NCBI GenBank assembly: GCA_002633005.1
Contig: NMRA01000555.1
Location: 99,514 to 163,513 of the forward strand
From: Phoronis australis
Taxonomy: Eukaryota; Animalia; Phoronida
Reading direction: 5' to 3'
Length of the DNA: 64,000 nt
The notes under the pieces were generated by a model. That model had not been told where the DNA came from and made no database searches. It saw nothing but the letters and a program-made list of their open reading frames with translations. How positions within the stretch are numbered: position 1 is the stretch's first letter; every line of letters begins with the position of its first letter. Of this stretch, positions 1 through 11,767 are shown in pieces. A program made the translations under genes and the position numbers.

Positions 1-1441
1 TTCCGGAGTCTTTGCATTTTACCGCGATGTATCAAGTTAGCTGACATTTGTTGCGTACTGAATTAAAAAACACTACATGTACAGGCATTCAGAGTTCATC
101 AGTGAACGGGACGAGACGTTTACTTAGAAATCGGCAAACAAAATCTGGAATATCATTCGAGGATTGAGGAATTATAGATGACTAAACTATGATATGAAAT
201 GTAGGGGAAGCAAATTGTTTTTAACTTTCCTCGCCTCCCCGTCTTTGGGAAACCCTACAAACCGTAGGTACACCTGAAATAAGGGCAGCACAAACTTCTC
301 ACACGACTGGCCACAACTGCTTTCCACACTTGTAATGACTCGCCTACAAGGGATTGAAATGCGCCTGTTAATAGGAAACGTAGACTGTGAAGGAGTTTAT
401 ATATTGGCGGTGGTGACATGCAGTGATACGGCGGGTTAATAAGATGAAGAATAAGAAGATTTAAAATGAAAACTATTATCTCTGGACTGAAGCTGAAGTG
501 CTGAAATGGGGTATGAGGACTTGAATTTTTTTAGAATTAGTGTGTCTCTCGGAGGCCTTTCGATATTTTGTTCTCTGGCTCGTATTTATTTTCGAGTACG
601 ACTTCAAGCACACTGCCAGACCAAACTTGAAATTTGGAGCCGAGTCTGTACTCGAGTTGAGTATGAAGTTTGAATTTGAGTATGATTCGAGTCCGAGTAC
701 GGAGATTGGAGACCGGGCCCTGCTCTCATTCACAGGAGATGCTAGGCTAGTAAACATCTTTATCGCTTACATAGAATCTGTGATTCCCGTTCGTGCATTT
801 TTTCTATTTTTATTATTGTTAAAATTTTCCTGAACTTCCTATAGTTCAACAGATTGCCAAGGTTGGGGGACCCCTTTTCATTGCTGTTGCAAGACCTAAA
901 GCTACTCGACAATGGATCACCTTGCATGTTACTGGCCAATGAATTCTTGACATTTGTCTTAACCAGAGTGAAAGGTGTAGGAAGTGCCCTAATTATTATA
1001 CCGATCCCGAATGTAATGCGGACTAAGAAGAGCAATGTTGCCCCTGGCCAAAGGCCACATAAGGCCCTCTCAGGTTTATGTGACCAGGTATGTCAGATAT
1101 GTCAGACTACATGTCTTTTATTAAATCATGAAACGGTTTCTGAAGCTGCTGCCATGCTTTGTTGCGGACTGACATCGTCTCTTTGCTTTGCTGTGAGGTT
1201 TTATGGTTTTAACGGTATCTGATTGGGCACATTACTAGTTGCGTGACATCCGCCTTTCGACGGGCAGGTGTGTCAATATTACAGGATACCAAGAATTATC
1301 TGTGTTGCAGACAGTCAGAGAACATAAGTATAAGTAGGCATTGTCAGAGATTGACTCTGGGTTTGTTTAAAAGGTAGCTATGCTTTGAGATTGTGCGTAG
1401 ATGGAGAGTGAATAATCAAATCCAGTAATTAATTTATTATA

Positions 1442-2225
1442 TGATAACCCCTAATTAAACAAATGAAACCTATTGTTAATTAAGTAATCAACTACAAAGA
1501 GTAACTACACTAGCGCCCTCTTTAAAGATTACATTAATCAAACAACCAAAACAATCAAATGTCTTATCTGCTATCCAAGCTAGGGCTCTCCACTTGTTGG
1601 ATGTCTGTCCTGTTGGTGAATCTTCGAACTACACACGCTGTACAGCGACAGTGTACTTGCTGGTCACCGTCTCTGGTGATGCAGCACTTGCAGCAATTTC
1701 TTCTACCCGCGATTCTTCTTGCTGGTCACAGTCTCTGTCTGATGAGCAACACTTCAGGTAGTATCTTACTACCCACGATGCAAGTGACAAGCTCTTAGTT
1801 AACTTCCTGTTCGTTAACCCTTGCCTTTGCCAAGATCCTTTCTAGAATCTTCCACGAGATGGCTCTGCTTCTGTACACCGTAGCAAGTCTTTATGCTTCA
1901 ACTACTATAGTGCATCTAATTATCCTGTTGATTTCAGCCCATAATATAACATTCTACTTATTTAGTGATTGGCTAATAAAAACCACATGATCATGTCCAC
2001 TCATATTATTGGCTGTTACAGTTTGTTCTCAGAATTTTTTTAGAATTTCTAGAGTACTTTGACCCCAGAACCCAAAGTTGTAAACACCATCTAAAAATAG
2101 ATTTTGACGTTAAAGTACATGTGAACAAGTCTGACCCCAGGATTAAAAAATACATATGCTCAAATTTTGGGCAACTTAAAATGGATCTATTCTTACTAAT
2201 TACTTAATCAATGTATATTCTCACA
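1442..2225 (-). mobile_element. Possible LTR of a retrotransposon
   Basis: The minus strand reads TGTGAGAA...GGGGTTATCA (TG...CA) with an internal TATA-like site. No second copy or clear PBS seen. Confidence 0.25.
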
Positions 2226-4204
2226 GTCATGTAATAAAATTGCACGGGTAACCCAAATTTTAATTTAACGACATAAGGTTATGTGGAAGGAATATCTACA
2301 AACCATGGAAATTAGATTTCTAAACCATTTCTATATTTATGAAGGTTGATAGCCTGTACACATTGACCTTATATATCAATCTGTCATTAATTTAATTATT
2401 TGATCAAAAATTTAATTGGATTTCGGGAAAACGATACACTCATAGAAAAACAGCAAAGTCGATGACATGATCAATTTTCGTTTGATATAAATGTTAAAGA
2501 TGAAATGTGACAAATGCCCATTCTGTTTTATTCAATGTTTGCGTTTTCAGGAAGTTGCCGATTATCAATTTATCTAGCTCCCTTGCCAAAGTAGAACAAT
2601 AAAAATCGATAAAAGAGTTAAGAGAAACAGTGCATAATGTACTCGATTTGAAAGTTTTATTGGAATCCTATCTGTATCAGCTATTAAAAAATTGTGTTTT
2701 GAGCTTCACCAAGTTTGGACATTTGCGTAGGATCCCCTTAAGTTAACCTTAACTTGATGATTGAACATTGGTCTTTTACTGTGCCGCGCAATGATATCGT
2801 ATAATTAAGAACTATTGGTCATTAAATACGCCATAACTTCATCACATCAGGCGTTAGCTAACAACAGGTTAGCAGAAAGTCCAGGGTTCAAAACTTGGTC
2901 GGCACAGAGAGCATTTTAGATGTAACTACATGTACATATCACCTGATGTGACCAAAATATAGCGCGTGTAAAGATTGATAACTCTTGCTAACCATTTTTC
3001 CTTGTGATTAAAGTTTGGACAGACTCTAGTCAAAAATTTTACTTGTTACTGTGACAAAATCAACCTTTTTACTTCATAATTGCACCCACACATTTAGGTG
3101 TCGGTGCATAATGCTTTGTCTGCATTTGGTGTTTCCTGCTGCATCTCCTGAACGACTTGATGTATTTTAAAGAAGTTTGGCAGGTGTGTTTCTATGAATG
3201 TGACTTTTCCCAAAACGTCTTTAAAATTCCTTGCTGGGTTTTCATGACGTTTAGCAGATAGCTTTCTATATTTCTATTAAGATGACGTATTTCGTTTTTT
3301 TGCCAGGATCATTATGACAATTGACCTATCGCTATTTAGAAAGCAGCATGATTGACACACCTTTGTTTCCAAGCCGCCAGTTTACCCGACAAGCAACACG
3401 CTGCCGGGTAAAATTTAGTATTTGTTAGTCGATATTACGCAAGGGGGTGGAGCTTGCGATAGGTCAATTGGCGAATGTTTTAGAAGAACGCAGCTGACGC
3501 TTTCTTTGGGTGAGTAGTCTGACGCCCCATAGGGTCAATTATATTACTTTTGCAACCACGGCTGTTTCTCAAACCTTTCTGAAATGTGGCAGATATGTTC
3601 CTTTAAAGACGAGGTTCAGACCATTCCAATTGCATCTTTGTTCCTTAGTGACAATATTTTGCCCTTGCCTCTGTATCATCAGTTTTAATTCTTTTTCAAG
3701 AAATTTTCAAGAAATTTGGTGACAGCATCTTTTCATTTTGGGGTAGATTCCATGTATTCTGCGTCACGTAGTGGTCATTTTAATTATTTCAGGTGTATTT
3801 GTTACCGTTCTCCTCTGTATGCATCAAATCGCTCACAGGATTACTATCAAACTTGACCGATGGGTTTCTGCAGATTGTCAATTTTCCGATGGGCCCTGCT
3901 ATTGTGGTGACGCCCAAAGATGTTTTTATGTGCTCCATATTCATATCTGGGTGCATATTTCCGTCATCTCTGTCTGGGTGTCCTTCGTCCGCATCTCCTA
4001 ACCTCCTTGCAGGATCTTACTAAAATTTGGCAGGTGTGTTTCTATGTGGCTGACGACGAGTTTTGAACCGACCCGAATAACGCTGTGCCCCCTAGTAACA
4101 ATCCTAGTTTTTACGTTTGCTTCTGTATCTTTGGATTTCCTTGAAAAGCTTATTATTTAAAATGACTAATTTTTATTAAAATGACATAGGCAAGAAATTG
4201 AATT

Positions 4205-4392
4205 TTGGGGTTCAAAAGCGGGGCCTTTCAATTTACTATAGAGGGTCTCGCTCAAAGGGGTCGAAGAGCGGGGCGCTCTAAATTAAGAAGGCCTCGCTCG
4301 AAGAGGTCCAAACAGCAGGCCCCTATATTAATATAGTCGGCCCCGCTTTTCGGTCCCCTTCGAGCGGACTTTCTATATTAATATAGTGAGCG
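4205..4392. repeat. Short fold-back repeat made of about 50 bp units (ctcgctcgaaggggtcgaaaagcggggc) in direct and inverted orientation
   Basis: Three direct degenerate units followed by an inverted one around the palindrome ctatattaatatag. Confidence 0.6.
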
Positions 4393-4559
4393 AATTTTCA
4401 TGGAATTCGGCAGATAGGCTTTTAATATGATGCCATTCTGTAATTGGATGGATTCGACAAAATTTACCCCACCTTGCGGAAATTTTTGTTAATTTCGCGT
4501 CTTTTTTCTGCCGTTTGCGTCTCTACAAGTTATTTGCCAAACCCAAGGTACCTAAACTA

Positions 4560-4956
4560 CACGGTTAACGGACCCCGAAACACGGTCACGGACCTGCAAA
4601 CACCGTCCACTGACCCACAAACACGGGAACGGACTCACAAAACACGATCCATTCACCCAAATACACGGGACAGGGACTCATATTCACAAGGAAACACTCT
4701 TAACGGACCGCCAAACACGGGTCACGGACTCGTCGGCTTCCTCGGTGAGCTGACATCTACATTTCGTCCGTAAACCGTGTTTGGCGGTCTGTTAACCGCG
4801 TTTCTTCGTGAATGTGAGTCCGTGTCCCGTGTATTTGGGTGAAGGGATCGTGTTTTGTGAGTCCGTTCCCGTGTTTGTGAGTCAGTGGACGGTGTTTGCA
4901 TGTCCGTTAATCGTGGTCATGCGTCCGTGACCGTGTTTATGAGTCCGTTAACCGTG
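4560..4956. mobile_element. Fold-back MITE, Tc1/mariner-like
   Basis: TA|CACGGTTAACGGAC...GTCCGTTAACCGTG|TA; arms about 170 bp, near-perfect inverted, with ACACGG sub-repeats. Confidence 0.85.
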
Positions 4957-7900
4957 TACAGGTACCTTAAAACAGCTCAAAGGATCACAATATAAGTTTA
5001 CAGCTGACGAGAAGACCACGACTGACGTCAAACTTCGTACGGGACTGCCTACTACATGCCCCCATAGTGGCGATTGTTTTTAACGTCTGCAGCCGGAACT
5101 CTTTAACCATTTCAAGGATCTTTGTAAGATTTGAAAGATGTATTTCTCTGTAGCCGTCGACAAACGTAATGAGTGTCGAAGTGATCGAGTTACCACTTTG
5201 CCTTGGCAAAATGATTTTTTTTACTTTAACTTGTGTACTTTTGGATTTCAGTATTATATCTTTATGGGTTTCAGTAAATGAATTTTAATGCGGAAGTAAA
5301 GATGCCACATCATTTTGGAAAACTTCGACGAATTTTACGCCACCTTGTGGATATTTTTGTTATTTTTGCATCTGCTTCCTGCGTCCGCCTCCCTTTCGCT
5401 CAACGGATCGTTATGAAATTCACAGAAGTGTTGCTTATGAGAAGACCATGACTGACGTTGATTTTCAGAGGGTTTCGACAGCTGTTTCTCGCCCTAGTGG
5501 CGATTTTTTTTCCATTTGCGACGGAATCTCCTTTACCCATTGAAGGAGCTTTGTGCTATTTAAAGGTGAATTCCTAAGGAGCCGTCGACAAATGATAATG
5601 ATTGTCGATCTGATCCAGATACCGCAGTGCACTCTAGTGGCAAAATGTTTGCCTTCCAATTTTTGGACAGATTCGATGTTGTCTACGCCACCTGCTGGCC
5701 GTTTAAAAACTTCCGCTTATGTTGTTTACCGCTGTGTCTCTATCTGCAAAACCACTCAAAGTATGATTATGAAAATTGCGGGTTATGTTCCTGATGCAAG
5801 CAACCTGGCTGATGTTGATTTTCGGATGTTTTTTTACTTCTGGCGCCCCTTAGAGACAATTTTGCTTTTTTGCATTTATGGCTGTATCAACTTAACCCTT
5901 TTTAGGATCTTTGCGAAATATGGCAAATGGGCTTCTATAGAGATGGCAACAGGTGACGATGAGTTACAAACAGATTAGAATATATCTGTGTCCCCTAATG
6001 TCAATTGTTTTTTTTTTACGTTTGCCTCTATATATTAGGAGTTCGTCGGCTTCTTTTCATGAAAGTTGGCAAATAGTTGTGTTTTAAAGACATGACACCT
6101 TCTCAATGTGGATGTTTTTGGCGCATTTTCGCTTATTATGCGCCATCTTATGGCCATTTTTATAATACTAAAAACTCTCACAGAAGCACAACGTTTTAGT
6201 TGCTATCGTGGGGGTCTTTCTGCTCTCCGCGTTGCTCTCTTTAGCATCTGTGCTTGTATGTATCTAACCACTGGTAATGTTACAATTTTGGTATAAGTAG
6301 TTCTATTAAGTTGAAAACATTTGGAAGATTTCAATTACCGCAGGTGCCTCCCAATGGTAATTTGTGCTTTTCTCAAAAAGCTTACGTCTGCCTCTATTTT
6401 TTGGAGTTTCTTTGCGGATTTTCATGCAATTTTGGTTGATAATCTTGTGTTGGAGAGATGATGACGTCTCCCCAATTGTGGATAGGTTCAATGTACTCTG
6501 TGCCATCCAATAGCCATTTTTATAATATTGAAAACACTACTGGATTTGCATTGCAGTTGTGCGTGCATTTCAACGCTCCACGTAACTCTTGTTTACAGAA
6601 AGCAAGAATCAAAAATGTTAATATCATTTGAGCATGTGTTGCAATACTGCATTTGTCCAAGTTTACGATTAGTGTAGGGGGATGTATTGTTTTTCAAATG
6701 AGAACCATTCATTTCACAACACACATCCCATCGAGTCCGGTCAACGGTTCCATCGAAAAATTTTGTACTACATGTACACTGTAGCTCGCAATTAATTTAT
6801 GCAGCAGATTATCAGTGCAACTCGGGATGTTGCGATGTTGCATTTTGAAGGTACCAAAAGATTTCAAAATAAACTAGATGAACCTCAACCAAATTTTCCA
6901 AGATTTTGCCAAATTTGGATAACTTTTTTCCAGTATAATCTGTCAGTTTAAGCGAACTTTTGTCAGTTGAATGTGACATTGTGTTAAGTCGCTGATGTTT
7001 GTTAGTGAAAGGACTTACCTAGTAAGTTGCCGCCACTTCGAATACGCGCATGGTACAGCACCTGTCTACATTTTGTTGAGATTTAGCTAGAATTGGATTG
7101 AATTCTTTTATTAGCCTTCTCGAATTACATCATTGTCTAGCTTATTTTGAAAATTTTTGTATGCAAGTTTTCGCACCTTTACACAATATGTTTTACATTG
7201 CATTGTAATTTGTTTGTATGTTGGAGGAAATTAAGATATATACATATCCATGGAGATTTTGCATGTATGTGTGTTTCAAAAGTAAAATGCATTCACAATG
7301 TAATGCAACTAGTTAGCAAATGTTTGGTTCACCACTTGATCAAATTTCAACCAGGCACTAATTTCAAACATCAGGCTTAATTTTCATATTAGAACTGGCA
7401 ACAGCATAGAAAATAATACGACTCAAATGGCCACCGTAGCCGTAGGGGTACGGAACATGTAATCCCTTTACAGTCCACTTATGTTTTTTTCCATTTGAGT
7501 ACCTCGGAACTAACCAGTAATCATAAAATCCACGGGTCCCGGAGATTTATCTCGATCTTTTCATAACTTTCTATTACTGCAGCCTACCGGTTCAGTAAAT
7601 GAGCTAAATCAATCACATTGAGTTCAGTGATGATTTCAGCCCAAGCGCCTTGTTCTGTGATTGGCTATCAGGCAGCTTGCTTAATTCCAAGTTCACTCAA
7701 AACTCATTCCCGCTTGATTTAGATGTTCAGCGATATTCCAAATTCACGTACGGCATCAGGCAGTGTGATCTTAGAATTCCTAGTTACCCAACATTCGATT
7801 CCGATTGATCGTGAGATTAAGCGACATCCCAATGTCACGTACAGCAATACGACACCCATCACCTGTTAACAATACAGCGCCTTCTATGGCAGATTAGCTC

Positions 7901-7965
7901 ACAAATCATTCAAATGGAAACGATTGATACATTTTTTTCACTGTAGAGAAATTATTGTAGTCAGA

Positions 7966-9570
7966 TGTTGTAGGATAATAGTGAACTGAAAATGGAAACT
8001 GTGAAGCCATGTTTATTCACCATTACATGAGACAGGAACAGGAAACACAGAATCATGGGTAACTGGTATTGTTGCTCATCTGAGTAAGTATAGTCATCTG
8101 GTAATCCTCACACAGCCTAATCTGTCCATTGGATATGTTCACTAACGGTGTCCTCCATCTCCAGTAATCTACAGGTTTTAGAATGCCCTCGAGAGCCTCG
8201 TCAGGAGACACTGCGTTAGTGACACTCTCAAAAACTGATGCAAGGTCCACTTCCATCGCTTTCAACCAATTTTTGCCAAACAACTTCGGTTGTTTTCCCT
8301 TGGCAACCACAAAAAGTAACTGAAGATATTGATAAAAAATAATAAATCTATTACCGGACTTACGGTTACATAGAGATGGCTACGTTACGTCCTCCTCTCG
8401 AGGACTTCATCAGGCCACTGAGTTGTCACGTGACTCGTCATGTGATCTGTCGCACAGTTATGGGGACGGCTATGATTCTGCAGTTTTTAGTCATATAGCT
8501 TCCACAGACCACTCTTTCGCCATGGAAGATGTCAAGATCCTAGATAGAGAGGAACTTGGTTTAGAAGAGGGGTCAAAGAAGCTGTTCACGAGAGAATTGA
8601 GAATCCTAGCCTCAACAAACAGGGGGGGGGCTGAGGTTTCTCTTACGAAGGACGTGGGACAGGGCGCTGAAGAGGATCCCGCGAAAACTGTGCGACAGAT
8701 CACATGGCGAGTCACGTGACAACTCAGTGGCCTGATGAAGTCCTCGAGAGGAGGACGTAACGTAGCCATCCCTATGTAACCGTAAGTTCAGTAATAGATT
8801 TATTAATTTTTCTACCTTATTACAGCAACTGGATGACTGAAAACACTCATTGAAAAGATTGATCATGCCACACAGCTTGAACAATACATTCACCCAACAT
8901 TTCAATTTCTACTTGATTATAACCAAAAACATGCCGGCTAGTCGGATTCAGCTTCAATTTCAAACCTAATTCGTGAGCTGTGTGCTCCGAGACAATGGTA
9001 ATGTAAGCCTGCGTGTCAACCAGGAAATTAGTAGGATTATTGTTAACCAAAATGTTTGTTGCAAAGCCTACACTGTCCGAGCTGTCCTTTAACACCAGTA
9101 GGTAGTCCTCAGTGGCTGTGGTAGCACTTGCAGTCTTCACGCTCTGGGCGTTCCGCAACGACGGACATTGTTTACCGGTTGACCACGGATGTGAGGTCAC
9201 TGAAGTGGTATTTTGATTCTGTTCATAACACTGTTTCTTAAAGAATTCTTTCTCGTTATCACTGAATTTCTAAAAATAGTGGCACTTGCTCTTTTTATAT
9301 TCAGGAACTGAACTTTCGTGGCGAAGTCAGTGCCTGGATGCAATTGTTGTTTCCTGCTTTGTGCCAATTCTAAAGATTGTCCTAGTTTGCACGCTTTCTC
9401 AAATGTGAGAGTTAATTCTGTTAACAGTTTCTTTTGAATCAGTACCGACTGCAACCCACACACTAATATGTCTCTTAAAGCCTGGTCTAGGAAAGTTCCG
9501 AATTTACAATATCGAGACAGTTGCTTCAGACGAACAAAGAATCATCCAATGGTCTCGTCCAGTTTCTGTT
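7966..9570 (-). mobile_element. Degenerate Ty3/Gypsy retrotransposon remnant (gag, aspartic protease, probable short 3' LTR)
   Basis: Minus-strand translation gives LSRYCKFGTFLDQALRDILVCGLQSVLIQKKLLTE..LTFEKA (gag), FLVDTQAYITIVSE (protease DTGA-like) and [16 protein letters not shown]. It has stops and frameshifts, and AATAAA plus ...CAACA near 7966-8015. Confidence 0.85.
8334..8811 (+). mobile_element. Penelope-like element 3' fragment with inverted pseudo-LTR, inserted in the Gypsy remnant
   Basis: About 125 bp inverted repeats (8334-8459 vs 8686-8811) flank SAVFSHIASTDHSFAMEDVKILDREE/WFRRGVKEA..RIENPSLNKQGG, the C-terminus of the GIY-YIG domain. Confidence 0.85.
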
Positions 9571-11704
9571 CCGCGGAGCTATTAATATCTTTCTGAAGCG
9601 GTGAGAGCTGGAAAAAAAAGAATGGACCTTGAGTTGTTTACGACACATACATTGTAAAGTTGGCCTTTACGGGCTACAAAACAGCCGCGCCCAAAGGGAA
9701 GCATTCAGAACGTCGTGGCAACTGCTACTGCTGATCTTATACTGAAAAACCTGTCTGGCAAGACGCTATAAAATGGGTAAGACATGAAACACTCTCTATT
9801 TGGAGGTTGTTTTTCGAAGTGTCTTATGTTTTTTTATATTTTTGGCTAAATAGCTTACGGACGGTGTAGCCTGTTAAACGAGATTGGACTATAGCCAAAA
9901 GTAAGAAAATTTACCTACAGTTCCGAGCTCATACAGAAATCCATAGCCTGTTTGGGAGAAGAATAAAAACTAAAGTAAACCCTTGGCTATTGACTCTTCG
10001 GGAAACAGGGACATTGAAGGAAATTTGTGCAACGTCACCCATTTGTTAAACGTTAAAACGAATAGTTCTCATGTTTGTTTTTTATTGAGGACTTGTCCAT
10101 CCAGGTCTTGCATATTCGTTTCGACTTGTTTTGTCAATGGACAGTTTCGCTATTTTTTATTTGCTCACTTGTTTTGTTTTACATTTTATTTCAAAAGTAT
10201 ATATCAATACATGAGGAACCCTTTCCAGCTGAAAATTGACCCTCGGACGGCCTTCGTCCGACGGTTGGAGTTTGCTAATGCGATCACAATAGCCCATTGA
10301 ATTCAGTCCAGCTGAATGGCCTGCTTGGTCACGTACGTAATCCTTTAATGACACCTCATTATGCCATAAAACTACGTGCCTGTCGACTATTGGCAAAAAA
10401 AATAAAGTTTATTTTAAAAATCTACCTGCCTAACCGAATTCCTCGCGAAAATCTAAGCATTTTAGAACTTTGAATTTTCTTTCTAGGCCAGAAAATAAAG
10501 TTTTTATTAATATAAAAATTTACCACCTTGTGTACGAGCAGAGCGCAAGAATTTACAAAGGGTATATTGTGATTCGCCGCCATGAGGCAGCTTATAATTT
10601 CCTAACAAAAGGCCAAAATGTACCACAATCAATTTGTTTTAATAAAACGCAAGTTTCAGTATATAACATATTACACAATAAGGAGAATTATTTTGTTAAA
10701 ACGAATAGCAATTGGGAACTTGTTTTTAAGCGTAGGTATACAGTCGTCATTTTCCGAAGTAAACAATCCCACATGCTTCAGTCGAACTTCCAGTGATGTT
10801 TGAGTAGGCCTGCGTAGTTTGCGATCGCGGATTTTTTTCAAAGTAGGCGAGAAGTGCCAAGCTGTGGATAAGAGTGGCAACAGGGCAGACGCCGACCGTG
10901 CATAGATGAGCGTGTAAGCACTAATCTGTTTCGTTAAGTTTCCCGACTGGCCTGGACACGGAAACTCGAAAGAGACGTGGACTCGACTTCGACACGGTCA
11001 ACTACCCAAAGCTCAAGCGCTTAGGGAATAGAGGTAAGTACTAAGGTACACAGTGACAGAGGATCAGAGAATGGTGCACATTTTAACATATTACTTCTTG
11101 CGCGTTAGGTCTACTATTTTTGTTATGTGAATTTATTACAGCCTTCAGGCCTTCCCCGTATCAATTGTTTCTCGCAAACCTGCTCCCATGTAAGTACCTG
11201 TAGGCCTACCGTGGCCCTAGGCCTAGGCAACACGTAGCCCCTCCGCTGGCTAACTTAAAAAAGCGCTTAGTTTCTTCAGCGATCATTTCTGGTTCTGTAC
11301 ATATCTTCCATGTAGCATGTTTGTTGAAGTAAGATGATTATGGCGAAGAATTCGAATTCCACTTTTTAGTAGCCGTTAATTTTTTCATCGCGCGCGACAA
11401 CCACAAACTATTTCCATTGAGTTAGGCAAGGACAAGCGCGAGACTTAGAGAGCGCGTGACCTCGCGTGTGACACTTGCAAAATAGCATGGCAGATATTAG
11501 GGTTTTTTTATATTCCTGTCCCATGGACTGTGTTCATTTACAGGCGTGATTTTACATAACTTCCTCGGCATTCACGGCGATGTAATTTACCTTACCTAAC
11601 CCGTAATGACTGATTTTTTGAGAGTTCGATTTTAAGCTGAATTGTTGCGGAAATTTTTGTGAGGGTCGGGTGTTTGTGTGATTACGCGGAATAGATTTTT
11701 ATTT

Positions 11705-11767
11705 GGCAATGACCATCACCTCTGCTGACCCAACCAGGTTGGGCCAGCAGAGGCGATGGTCATTGCC
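11705..11767. repeat. 63 bp hairpin palindrome (minimal MITE-like)
   Basis: 31 bp arms with 2 mismatches and a 1 nt loop; direct repeat tagatttttat on both flanks. Confidence 0.8.

Larger units (their letters stand above)
3068..6715 (+). mobile_element. Composite Helentron-associated (HINE/DINE-1-like) repeat region with degenerate internal tandem units
   Basis: Two heads (about 3075 and 3922): T-run, short inverted repeat, then GTCY-like microsatellite. Units with cgccYctagtgg motifs recur. 3' end gtagggggatgtattgttttt...gagaaccatt near 6680. Related copy at 51170-52324 on the opposite strand. Confidence 0.55.

Noticed and set aside
476-1222. Overlapping ORFs of about 90-120 aa
   Set aside because: No recognisable motifs; possibly decayed retroelement leader sequence.
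2850-2910. tRNA-like sequence with GGTTCAAA B-box
   Set aside because: No cloverleaf or anticodon arm; at most a SINE relic.
10390-11710. Possible DNA transposon with ttggcaaaaaaaataaa-type TIRs
   Set aside because: The terminal match is too degenerate and A/T-rich to support a call.
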